NCBI RefSeq assembly: GCF_000150275.1
Contig: NW_002060944.1
Coordinates: 5,353,096-5,417,095, forward strand
Direction of reading: 5' to 3'
Source of the DNA: Trichoplax adhaerens
Lineage: Eukaryota; Animalia; Placozoa
DNA: 64,000 nucleotides
A model generated the notes under the pieces. It saw only the letters and a list, made by a program, of their open reading frames with translations, was not told the DNA's origin and made no database searches. Of the stretch, positions 40,501 to 53,600 are shown in pieces. Both the position numbers and the translations under genes were made by a program. Within the stretch, counting starts at the first letter, position 1, and every line of letters begins with the position of its first letter.

Positions 40501-43500
40501 ACTCAATCATCAGATTTCCAAAGTCTCATGGTCAAATTAAATTTTAGATCTATAGGATGACATTCAATTATATTACAATTCTTATTCATTTATCCCGTAG
40601 CAGGATGAAAGGGAACCCGTTCTGCTAAGTGTAATTAGTGTGTAGATCATGCAAAGAAATTTATAACAGCGGATTTTATTACTGATTCTCTACCGATTGA
40701 GATACCGTACTATGTAAAAGTAAAACAAGCTCTGGCAAGTAATGAAAACTTCTTACAATAGTAGATCATAGGAATAAAGGACTAAAAACTATAATAACAG
40801 AAAAACTTAGATACGTAAATATGTTATCTAACTTGTTTACAATATGACTATGGCGAACAACATCATTAAACACTTATGGAACTTAATATGAGAATAAAAT
40901 TCTATGATTAGTATTACATTCTACGAAGCTGAAATCAATATATTTGAATCATCACAAATGTTACTTAAATATACCCTATTATTGTCAACAACCTAAGATT
41001 TTGGTATTATTTTTAAGTTATGCCTAATTTACTTCTACATAAAATTTGACAACATTAGCTTGTCTAATAACTTCACTACACAGGAATATAAATTCTACTA
41101 CAAAATGAGATTATGCAATATTTCTTTTAGCGTATATGTTTACACCAATTTCTAGGTCTTATTTTCTTGTTCTTGTTAATAGAAATCGCGATCTTTTGCT
41201 TAAAGTTGGTAAAGAGAACATAACAACAATGCAATCAATTATCCAAAAGATGCCAAAAGTTGCTTCGGTTAGTTAGAATCGTCACCAGCTTAAATATTTT
41301 CTTTTATAGCACATATACCGTACATATAACCTAGACCAAGTTAGTTAAGAAGGATCCCTACTATCGGCAATTTTTACGAATTTTTTTCCATCAGCTCAAT
41401 TTTAAAGCATCAATCTATACTTTTTCAAACCTAAAATATTTCATCAACTTTATACATCGCATTATTTCGATATTGTATCCCACTATGTAGGAAGTGATGA
41501 ATACCTGCATTAAGAAATCGTCAACATTTGATCGCGAAGGCAAGAATATCTATACAGTGAGTTAATTTCATTATTTTGGCTGTTTTTCCTTTAGAGTAGA
41601 AAAGATAGGATGGAGAAATATACTTTAAGAATAATTTAGAGAATGAAATAAAAAGACCGCATTAAACTAGATACCAATGATAACCTTAAACTGAATATGT
41701 TCTTATTCTCTATAAGCTAATGAGAAGTAAACTGCATGGTAGCTAATGACAACTCAAATTTCATATAGCGCTATCATTTTATATTTATGAAATTACAGAT
41801 AGTATATGATTTTACTCTGCTTGAACCTGGAGAGGAATTGGAAGAGATGTACAATTTACCCAAAGGAATACATAACTTAAATGCACTAACAGTAACGTAT
41901 CAGCATATAGAATTATTTCGTAGAATAGGGACAAAAATATGATGATAAACCGTCAGAACGACTAGTCGTCTCTCACAGCATGCTAGCTAGAACGATCAGC
42001 GTAACTTTAGTCATATCATAATTGGTTTTTGCGTATACTTTTGCAACTAAGCCACTTCTACAATTTAGAATTTGACACTATTTAAACTATATACGATTTT
42101 CAATATGCAGAAAAATGACTGTTTAAAATGTCCTACCCGTATTTATTACCTATAGTCTACTAATACGACAACATCAAGTTTTATTAATAAGCTTAGCTTA
42201 TAACAAAAACTTGAAGCGTAAGGAAAAGCTTTCCCAGTACAAAGCATTTCTTAGCAAGCTGAGAGTTTATTTTATTTCGAAAGGAATTAATATGACAATT
42301 AATATCAGTTTTACGTTCTTTGTACAAGATTTGTGAAATCGTTATAGCTATATTTAGTCCATTAGCCTAATTATCTCATATATTATCTTATCACTATTGC
42401 AACAGACAATCGTCTCATCTAATCACGTCGGTCTCCTCGAACATCCACTTTCTGCAAGATTGTTAGATACTAAATGGTTAATTTACTATGCTTGTAATCT
42501 GTTAATGGTCATCTAATATATAGTGATATTGACGTTGTTGGTTTAATACGTGATCCGTCATCAATCTTAGGTCGCATTTTGGTCGAAGAGTCTACGTATT
42601 CAACTTAATGATTAATATCTTATTCATCGTGGCTTTGACAGCTTATGTTCTCAATATTGAAGATTATTTTAATTCAGCTTATAGTAAAGTCCACCTAATA
42701 GGACTTCAGCCATCGAATGCTTTTTCAGGAAATGGCAAACCCGCTAGTCGTTCAATTTCTGCCTTTTCTAATTCAACCAGTAATGGTACCGTAATTGATG
42801 TAAGCGAAAAGAGTAGAAATGTTATACTGTTTTAACTATTTTAGTAACTACTCGGCAACATATCTTTACAGTCATCAAATCTTTACAATCTTTATGAAAA
42901 TCTATAATTTAAATGTATTTAACCGAAATTTAAAATATCTAACTTATTAGGATATTGCGAGAAACCATTCGTCAATTCCTATTCTTAAAGCTCTTATTCT
43001 AGTATTTTCGATCGTTAATTTGATTCGTGAGATTTTTCAGCTCTATCATGAGGTAATGTAATCTATCACCAAATCACTAGTATTGAAAATGTACTCCCTT
43101 TTCTAAGTAGTTTATCGGTCTATCCATCACTTTTTCTCGTATTCTTCACTATTATTTACTATTTTAAGTCACCTTGACTTAATCGACGAATTAATCTACT
43201 TTGACATCTCTAGAAGTGGAAATATTTCCTTTCCTATGAGAATTATTTTGAAATCGCCCTGCATACCAGTGTAATTGCCTTTGCCGTAGGTCCCGGAACA
43301 AGTTCTTATTTTTGGGCAATTGGAACATTTTCAGTTCAATTAGCATACATAGAATTAGTGATGTTCTTAAGAAAGTGTGTTGGATAGTTAATTTAATTTA
43401 ACCACCATCTTAGACATCTCACGGTTAATGTATATATATATATATATACTTGGGACAATTATCAGTAATATTCTGTATTCTATATATTGAATCTTTGCAT

Positions 43501-45547
43501 TCTTTGATGGATACAACAGACTTCCAGTTATAGGAAAATATGTCCTTATGATACGATCTATGGTAAACACTATTCTGAAGGTATCCATAATGCAAGTAGA
43601 ATGTAACTATAGAATACTACAATCATTCACCTGATCTACAGCGTTTAGGCGATAAATTATGGCGATTAAATCATATATGATATCTTATTTATCTACGAGT
43701 TTTCACTGTATTTTCATATGTCCCAAAGAGTAAAATATTTTATTACTTTCCTTAGGTCATGATTATCGTATTTATCTTTGTTATGGGTTTTGCTATCGGC
43801 TTTGGGATGCAATGCCTCCATGAGGTCGGACAACATGGTGAAAGTTGAACTTGATTAACTATTCCTTTCCAAACTTTAAAAGCATATTGATTATTCTAAT
43901 TGTTACTTAACTGTATATTTTGTTAAATAAAATTATGTTTCAAGCTCGTATAAAGAGATTAAATAATGTATTAAACACTGAAGTAAACTTTTCTAAATAC
44001 TAAGATATCTTAAGTATTCTGGTCGTTTCTTATTTGTATTTCTCTAATTTATAAGTTTATAAGAGGTATTATATAGAAGCTCTATACCTCTCTATAGCAA
44101 TTAGTTTGACTTTACTGCTGTAAAAATTTTAAGTATTATATTGATTAAATTTACTTAGGATATATTTGCATTAAACATTTCCCTAGGTGGCGTTCAGTAA
44201 CATCTTCCTGTCTGTTATTAAAGTAATTGATATGATGGTTGGGGAAATTGATTACAAAGATGTATTTCTATCTGGAATTCAAAATGGCGATATAGCCTAT
44301 CCTGGAAGTTATGCAGTTTTAGTCATTTTACTTATATTCATTTTTATTATGTCGATCTTAGTCATGAATTTGATGGTACGTATGAATTAACAATTGTTTC
44401 TACTAAATTAGAAGTTACTTCTATAATTATTTATTGGAAAATTTTGTTGATGCTAATATATTAACCAGTACAGTACGAAAGTTGATTTATCACGTAGAAG
44501 CAAGGCATAATTATGGTAGTTTCTTTACCTTTTTTACATAATATAGCGCGTATACCTGTATGCTATGTTTTCATTAGTCTTACTTAGTATCTTAATATAA
44601 TAAAGAAACTAGTAAAATGTAATGACCGATCGAATATTTGCTGTAAAATCTTTTAAACTATGGATTTCAGTTGCCCCAAAAATTTATTATATATTTAATG
44701 ATCAGAAGAAATTCTTTATTAGCTATTATTAATACAGGAATATGTAAATGTACTCTAGTAAATGCTACACCTGGCAGCTAGTCAAATAGGAACGCAGGAG
44801 GTGTATTTATTTTGCAATATAATACAGGAAATATACTCCGCATTCAATATTAGTATGAATTCTGGATTCTTCTTAATTTTATTTTAGATTGGCCTAGCTG
44901 TTGGTGATATAGCCGAAATGGAAAAGAAAGCTAAACTTCGACGTTTAGCAGATTTAACTGACTACTTCTACAATATTGATAAAATTATGTCACGTCATCT
45001 TCGTAAGCAATATAAAATTGACAAGATTACATGTACTGAAGTAGAACGGATTACAGTAAGTATCGTAAAAACGAATATTCATAAAATCGTCAATAATTCA
45101 AAAAACTTGCTATGTAAATTAACGGTTAAAATAAGATATTAACTACTTAAAATTACTCATTTTCGAAACATCAGATAGTACATTTTGTTTTCTAGCAGTA
45201 AAGAAAGCTAATTCTCACAATTCTATTAATTAGACTGTAGATAAATCAAATTCAAACGAATGCCTGTTTGAATCGCACAATTCTGAAATAAGCTCTCAGA
45301 TGCAAGAAATGGTTCGTCAATTTGAATCTCAAAGAATGAGGTATTCGATATTTTACATAAATGTTTTTTAAATTGAAGATATTGAGCATTTTTGATGAGA
45401 TCTCTTTAACAGTACCCTCAAGTTTATTCTGTGAATATGATCTCATTACGCTGCCATTTTCTGTTACATCAATTTAATAGGCTGATCGCAATGGAAGAAA
45501 AGCTTAGATTTATATGCCAAAATATGGATGATACAAGCACTTCTTAA
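34506..45547 (+). CDS. TRPA1: TRPA1-like ankyrin-repeat cation channel, copy D (~1079 aa, 26 coding exons)
   Basis: Exons: 34506-34586, 35167-35332, 35837-36012, 36919-37026, 37124-37330, 37782-37829, 38001-38174, 38520-38720, 38857-38940, 39050-39132, 39224-39385, 39465-39576, 39706-39875, 41183-41267, 41491-41556, 41799-41891, 42406-42476, 42571-42799, 42951-43052, 43214-43374, 43520-43580, 43756-43824, 44187-44375, 44888-45055, 45234-45340, 45481-45547; total 3240 nt. Pore MMVGEIDY; S6 MNLMIGLAVGDIAEM. Confidence 0.93.
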
Positions 45548-46900
45548 TAATTCAATCATTAAAAGTACCGAATAGAATAGCAAAATGAAAATAGGATTGA
45601 AATACTTATTACGACTTCTGCTTCTTTAAGTTATCACGTATACCAGGTTAATAAGAAAATTATGAATATTTTTATTATTACAGTATTAAAATTTATAAAG
45701 CTGGCTTCAAGTAATCTATCTAGAATAAAGGACTACTAAAAATATATCGATATTTATAGCATTCCATTAAACCTACTGGAAAATTATTAATTCTTAAATG
45801 CTTTTAATACAGTATAGTCCAAGTAATTTATTGCTAGTGTGCTGAATTTCTGAGCTATCTTTTAATTAAGAAATATCTATGGATATTAATGCGAATAATA
45901 TAAATTCGAAAGCTGTGATAGTCTATTTACCGGTGTTTACGCAAAATTCATTTATGCTTTGCCTTAAAATATCCCTTCATAATAGTCTCTTATCGTAAAA
46001 ATAAATTAATCCACTTGTGAAGCAATCTGATTCAAGGTCATGTGTTCATTTTCAATATGAATGTATCTTCCTAATTTGTCATTAGTTGTAATGAACAAAA
46101 TGGGCATTTTTCTATTGATTAGTGGTGAACAAGGGTAAGCTGTCGTAAAGTAAAATGAGAAATACTAACACTGCAACTATTACGACTAAAGAAGCCAATG
46201 ATCAAAATCGTCATCTAAAACCAGTATCTATTAATACTTATTTTAAAACAATTTATGGCCCATACCATAGTCCATAACTTGCGAATAGGTCCGTTCCTGA
46301 ACCAATTAGGGATGAGATAAGACGTGAAATGCATGATCTAATGACTGTTAATTAGCCAAAGCAAAATCCATGTTTCAATCTGAAGCAACAGTGGTAAAAT
46401 TTCACTTCTAACTTTCACATCATTTAATTTTCAATCAGAACTTGCTTGGCCAAATTATCAAGGACGCCAGTGAAGAGCGTGCAGATATAGTTTGCTGGCC
46501 TAAAATACAGTACATAACGAGCGTATTTCATGTTCATGCGACAGTAATAGTAATAATATTTTTGTTATATAGCTATAATCTTGAAAATAACAGCAACATC
46601 ATTACTTACATATAAAGTGGAACGGTAGTAACTGTTATTACTAGTAGAGTTAATCGATTTCGGTGATATGCAGCGGTTGAGATTGATATGATACTTATAA
46701 TTTAGTATATTGCCTGAGTGTACAGTGCACATGCAGTAGTTAGAAAGCGACAGCGGCCCACGGTTAGTACTGTACAATGTAATCCAATTCTGGTTGGTTA
46801 CAATACTTGAAATGTTTTAACTAACAGTATATAGCATATATATAATTGTAGCCCATCAAAATTATATTATAATTCTACTGCAACCTACCAGTACATTATC

Positions 46901-46908
46901 TATAAATA
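46901..46908 (+). promoter_or_regulatory. Candidate TATA box of copy E (counterpart at 59350 for copy F)
   Basis: TATAAATA, conserved as TATAAA in the duplicated upstream region of copy F. Each is followed by an aligned donor-like site (GTTAG 46958; GTAAG 59421). Confidence 0.45.
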
Positions 46909-47062
46909 GTTTAGGATAATATCACCTGTTTGCACTACCAAGACAGAAATATCTGTGGTTAGAAAGTAGTTGCACTTATTATAGAACGATCATCTATTCA
47001 CTATTTGAGATCATAAACAATTATACTAGCAATAAAAAGCAGCATGAGCTAATTTCGACGTC

Positions 47063-47322
47063 ATAGCTAATAAACATATGACATAAGTCTCTCAGATTAC
47101 AAGCATGCAACAACATGAAAAACTAGAAATAACGTCTGGATTACTTGAGTTAAATTGCGTGTATTACCTGTTCTTAATATTATTTATTAATGCATAGCAA
47201 ATAAACATATGACATACGCCTCTCAAATTACGAGCATGCAACAATATAAAAATCTAGATATAACGTCAGAATTAGTTGAGTTTGGTTGCGTGTTTAACCT
47301 ATTCTTAATATTGTTCATCAAT
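47063..47322. repeat. ~130 bp tandem duplication upstream of copy E
   Basis: ATAGC(T/A)AATAAACATATGACATA...TTCTTAATATT occurs twice (~47063 and ~47194). The matching region upstream of copy F (~59511) has one copy. Confidence 0.8.
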
Positions 47323-47633
47323 AGTGGCATAGTGTGAAATAGAATTAGACATAATTAGTAAAGGCTTAATTGAAAAATATCATGATGTAAAAGGAATATT
47401 TTCAGTTGTATATCCAAGCCATGTAAATGCGCCTATATACGTGATCAAATTTGTTTACAATCTGTTACCTTATGGAGGTAAAAGATAATTAAATTAAAGT
47501 TCTATCTATAATCATAAAAAATAGCAATTTCAAACTATGATTTCATAATAAAATTTAATTATTAAAATTCTCCTTTCGGATAATACTATTTTGGTTCAAG
47601 TTTTGTATTTTGATGCACTAAAGTTGTACAGCA

Positions 47634-50600
47634 ATGGAAATGCTTAGAAGATCAGATTGGTCGAAAACTTCGGTTTTATTTAGTAAAGCAAAGAATGTAG
47701 ACGCTCACGATATACTACAAGTAAGATCAAATACTAAATACTTTCACTCTTATTGTAGCTTACTTCTTATACAGTAAATAAACTAAAGTACAAATACGCG
47801 CTGTCTGAAATAAAGCTATCTATAACACCGGGAGAGTATCTTTGCCCATTTAATTGCAATTTTTATTCGACTTTTCTAGACTTATTTGCTAGAATTTGAT
47901 TTACTATTAAGTTAATCGTCTCTTAACATACAATACTTTCACAAAATTTCGAGTACTTCAATCGTTTTATGACATGAAATTATTACGGTATATATCATCG
48001 ATTTAAATAACTCCCTACCATTTAATTAAAGTTTTTAGTTACTAATTCTTTACTAAAACATGCCATCTCACCTTCTTTTCTATCACATGAAAAATTTATC
48101 AATCTACATTTTATTCACTATCCTAATATTAATGTTAGGCTGCAAAAAGTAACGATATGCTGCTTTTGCAACAAGCTCTACCAAATGAGGAAATTGAAAC
48201 ACTTGCTAACCAACTGGATCGCGATCGTTTAGCCCCATTGCACTATGCGGCAAGATGTGGTAATGCTGAAGTCATTGAATGTTTAATCGCAAAGGGTGCA
48301 GGTTCGTTAATCATCCAGTAGCAACTACTTACAATGCAAAAGATTTGATGATATCTACAGTAATTATTGTTATTAATTTTGATTTAATACCCATTATAAT
48401 TATCGAATTCCTGACTGCAAATACCGTCAGATCTCATTATTGCTGTGTTATTTCATCTTAGACATTAATATTAAAGGCCTAAACAATGTAACACCACTAC
48501 ATTTGGCAGCAAGGTATAACAGATATACAGCTGTAAAAGTATTACTAATGTTCAATGCTGATATCGGCGTTAAAGATATCGACTCTAATACGGCACTGCA
48601 CTATGCAGCAAAAGGTGGGAATCAGAAGATTTGTGAGGTAAAACTGAAAAAGATTGGAGATATTCTACTCTGCTAGTTTATGTCTTCATTTCTTACTAAA
48701 GTTACTAATGTCAATCATAATAAGAAGCGCATTACTTGAAATCCAAGAATTATAGTAATTATTATAAAGAAGACATAATATAGATGTAGAAGACGACAGT
48801 TTAATTAGACAAAATTACAAAGCAAATCAATTGCCACAAATATTTTTGATACATTTTTGTTCTAATGAGTGCTTTATGGTAATGGGAATAAAAGTACTTA
48901 GATTAGAATATGATACCAGTAGCACCGAAGCCAGTTATTTATTTTTGTCCATAGGTATGCTTTGCTTAAAATTACATTACATCATCCTCTAAAGTCTTAA
49001 CATATTCGATTTCAAGTGATTTAAAAGATGCAGCAATACTATTGTACAGTATTATTGTCACAAACAGTAAAAAAAATACTTAATTAATTCGAGTTTTACT
49101 CATCATCAATTACCTTACAGGAATTACTCAACAAGCGCCCATCGTTAATTGATAGTGTAAATGCAGATGAAATGACACCTTTACATTTCGCTTGCAATAC
49201 CAATCATGAAGCAGTTTGCGTCTGTCTGGTAATATATTGAATCAAATATCTAATGCAATAGACAGTCGAGTATCTACTTCGAGAGAGGTAGCAATATAAT
49301 TCGATGTTATGTCTCATCCGCTATTATTGCAGATTGAAAGAGGAGCAGATATCTTACGTAGAACTGCTGATGGCAGTTTGCCGATTCACTTGGCTGCTAG
49401 TAAAGGAAATACAAGTCTAATGGAATTATTATTGACTACTGGGGAGGCAAGATATGAACGTCGTGAAAACCATATTGTAGAGTGCAATCACGATGGTGCC
49501 TCCGTTTTACATCGAGCTACTCAATGTGGCCAAAAAGAGGTCAGGATTTCTTTCAAAAATCTATAGATTAATAATGAGAATATTTCATTTACTGTAGAAC
49601 TTGCTATTTTTTGTTGAATCATTTCAAAACTTAGCACTTAACCAAACTAATCTTACTCAATTCAACTTCATAGGCTGTCATTTTTGCCTTAGATGCTGGT
49701 GCCGATGCCTCCTTAAGAGATGTAAGTGTGTCTTGATTGAATTTTTACTGGAAAAGTTTCTATACTATGCATTCTTAAGACAATTGTACTACAACGATAT
49801 ACTGGAATGCCATAAAGTTAGTTAGCTTAGCCAATCAAACTGCGAATGATAATAGTGGTATTGCTCTGTAAAGATTGTTTTAATTTACAGCAAGTTAGGA
49901 CGTCTCTTAATAGTTATCCTTTCTTTTCAATTCGCTAACAGAAAAATGGCTATACACCCTTACATGTTTTAGCTATTACAGGCAATTGTGAGATTTGTCA
50001 AATTTTGATTGATAGAAGAGCTGCTATTGATGCTCGTGACAACGAACAACAAACTCCATTGCATCATGCAGCATCATTGAACAATTGCCAAATAGGAGAA
50101 CTTTTGGTCAAAGCTGTAAGTCAGGGTTTTAATTTGCTACTATAAATAGATATCAGGCTGCATTGCCAACTACAGAATAAAGTAGTAACACTCGCTGGCG
50201 GTAAATCGATCACGAAACCCCAAATTTGTATAAAATAAGGACTTTATTCAATCTTTATAAAAAGAATAATCTGCACCTGACTTTAGTCTAGCTATATACA
50301 ACTACTAGAAAGACTTATAGGGAAAAAACTGCTAGAATAAACTAAAATTGCCTATTTATATACTTTTCGTAGCGTTTGTAGCTACAATTATCATAGCAAC
50401 ATCCTACCTAATTTTGCCCGCATGCAAATTATTATTAGTAAAAAAAATTTTGCAGCGATCTATAATCTAATGTCGTTACAACTACAGTACACATTATTGC
50501 TGCTAGCCAAAGTACGATGAAGTAAACATTTCCTAATATATGAGTTACATATGTATTTTTACCTCTAACACTAATAGTAACTCAGTACCCTAATGTACGA

Positions 50601-53600
50601 ATATAGTTATAGGTACTCTACCATAGAATCTTCAATTACAGTCTACGGTTATGAGCTACTAAATATGCCTAAGACAAACATAGATAGCGCTATTGTACAT
50701 CATGCTAGACATGCCTAATAATCTACAATCCAATATAAAATTACGTTGTACTGCTATTCTACATAATTTAAATTGAATTTGTGAGAGTTTGGCTGCTATA
50801 ATCTCTATTCAGGTACGATATTTCAGCGAGCAATAAAATTTTCAATCAAAGTTACGAATGATAATAAAAAAACTGCTTCATTCCCTTCCTACAGTACCGT
50901 TCTTGGTTTAAAATAAAATGGAAAAATGTTGACTATTCTCTACTTAAATCGTCATTTCAACTAGGGAGCTAATATTGATGTGGTAGATGCAAAGGGTAAA
51001 ACACCTTTAATTTGTGGAATCTCTAGAGGTCGTACAGAAATAGTTCGATATTTGCTTTTGTCTGGCAGCAAAGTTGAAGGAACTGATACAGAAGGAAAAA
51101 ATTGCCTACACTTAGCTGTAGAAGGATCCTATGAAGATTTTGATGTAATAAATTGTCTACTGACAGTAAGATGATCCACTAACTCATAATAAAATTTCAT
51201 CGTATTTACTTTATTCTGATCTCTAATCGGAAACTTTATACCAGTAATAAATTTAAATTTACTCTTGGCTTCTTGTTAAGAGAAAATCGTCGGAGCTTTT
51301 AAATACCACAGATCATCACCGTAGAACACCCTTTTATTATGCATGCAATAAGGGAGACTACAAGGTAACTAGAGAGTATCAATTTATGTGTTTTATCATT
51401 ACTATTATGATAACTTACGCTTTTTGACATTTCGAGTTAGTAAGGTAATTTATTAAATTGGATTAGATTTTCGAGAAAATGCTCCAATTTCAGCCCGATT
51501 TATATATCACCGATGAAGATGGCAACAACTGCTTTCATGCGGCATGCATGTAATTTTATAGCAAACTAGTAGTACTTTGCTACAGCATTGTATAAAGAAT
51601 TTTAAGTCGCTTATATCCTGAATTATTTATGATATAAATTATCATTATGATAGTGGTATAGTATAATTAATTTTCTACCAGCTTAAAATTATGGTAAACT
51701 ACACCTTATAACAAATAACAACCTACTTTTTCTGAGATATTTGTGTCTATCGTTCTGCTAAGAAATTTTATTGATATTTCTATCTAATATTAACAGAGCT
51801 GGAAGATATGAAATTATTAAAACATTGATCTGCCGATTTCCTGGTCTACTATGTAGCGAAGGCGAACGTAATTATACTGCTTTACATATGGCTGTGGCTA
51901 ACGGTTGTCCATTTACAGTGGAAACTCTACTAGATCGGGGAGCTGATACTTATAGAAGGTAAGTATCCATAATCAGATTATCTTTTTCCGTTTTTGAATT
52001 ATTGGTACTATTGATATTCAAGACATAGAGGTTATAGCATTACTAACGATTATAATTTTTCTATTGGTTATTCATACATTTATTGACAAATTAACCAGGG
52101 ATTGCAGCTATTCCACGCCTCTAGATATCGCTTGTATGAAAGGTTTTTCTCATATTGTTGAAATTTTAATCAACTATGGAGTGGATATAAACTCCGTTAA
52201 CAAAGCTGGGGTAATATTCGCCATAGCCATGATATTACATTAATTATGTGTATGATAACACACTATTTTTAAGCCAATTCATACGATTGCTAAATTTTAC
52301 TCAATATCTAAAATACGCCAGCAATCTTTACTAGATAGTATTTTTTATCTAAATTACCTCAGATTATATCGCTACCTGAAGTCTAACCCTACTAGCGGTT
52401 AGATTTCGATCAATATAAATCAAAATATTTTGATTGCACTACAATTTTCTTCATGATAGGAATCAGGGTTGCACATAGCCGCTCAGTACGGTCATACTGA
52501 AATTATGAAACAACTTATTGATAGCGGAGGTGATTTATCAAAAGAAACAGTCAGAGGAGAAAATCCTTTAGAAGTTGCTATCCGATATTGTCAACAAGAT
52601 GTTGTTACCGCAATAGTAACCTTATTAAGGTATACATTATAACAAAATAAAAAATTCATTTTAAATGTTCTAACTATATTCGCATAATAAACAAATTTCA
52701 CTAAGATATTTATATTTGAAACTATCGACAGTAATTGTTGCATGTTATTCGATAGCGAGCTAAAGGATCAATATAACAGAAGTAGATTAGACTGAATGGA
52801 GTGTTATCTATAACAAACTACGAACCTTAACCGTAGTGATAGAAAAGTCATTGCAATCTGCATTAAATTTCTGATAATTATTTCACTTAATACTAATTGC
52901 AAGGATTGCTTTTATAATCAATTAGTGCGAAAAATAACGAGAACACAGATATAGTATCTTACGCGCACAATTTCAGCATTACCCGTATCAAATTGATAGC
53001 AGAATAAATCTTTAAATCGTTTACGCTTGCAACCAACCGTTAGGGAAAAGGATCTTTTATTAAAAGTTGGAGAAGAAGGCATAACAACATTTCAATCTAT
53101 CGCCCTAGCTATGCCAGAAGTAGCAGAGGTTATATCTACTACATAATGATTTTTTCAATAAAAAACAGTGTCAGTAATGAAATATTCAATATATTATGGC
53201 TGCGATGTATGATAAATATCAAATTGAGATAATCCTCAACGGAATTCACTTTTGGTAATCATTTTCGAAATTCATGGATGGCATTAGCTAACCAATTTTG
53301 TTATATTACAGAGTATTATGGACAGATGCATTACAAAGATCGCCACATCAGATATTAAAAACAAAGAGAAAATTTTAGTAAGTTTTATTAACTGTTGTTT
53401 ACGTAAGCATTATTTATCCGTAATCGAATCAAATGATGCTTATTGCCCCTAAAAGATAAAGTTATTATGAAATTGCATAGGGCTTAGAGGTGTACTAAAA
53501 TAGAATTAGATTTAGCAAAATTATACTCGAGATCTATGGATAATTATTTGTTTCTTTACAATGAAATTATTAACTATCAAAATGTTAGCAATTTATTTCA

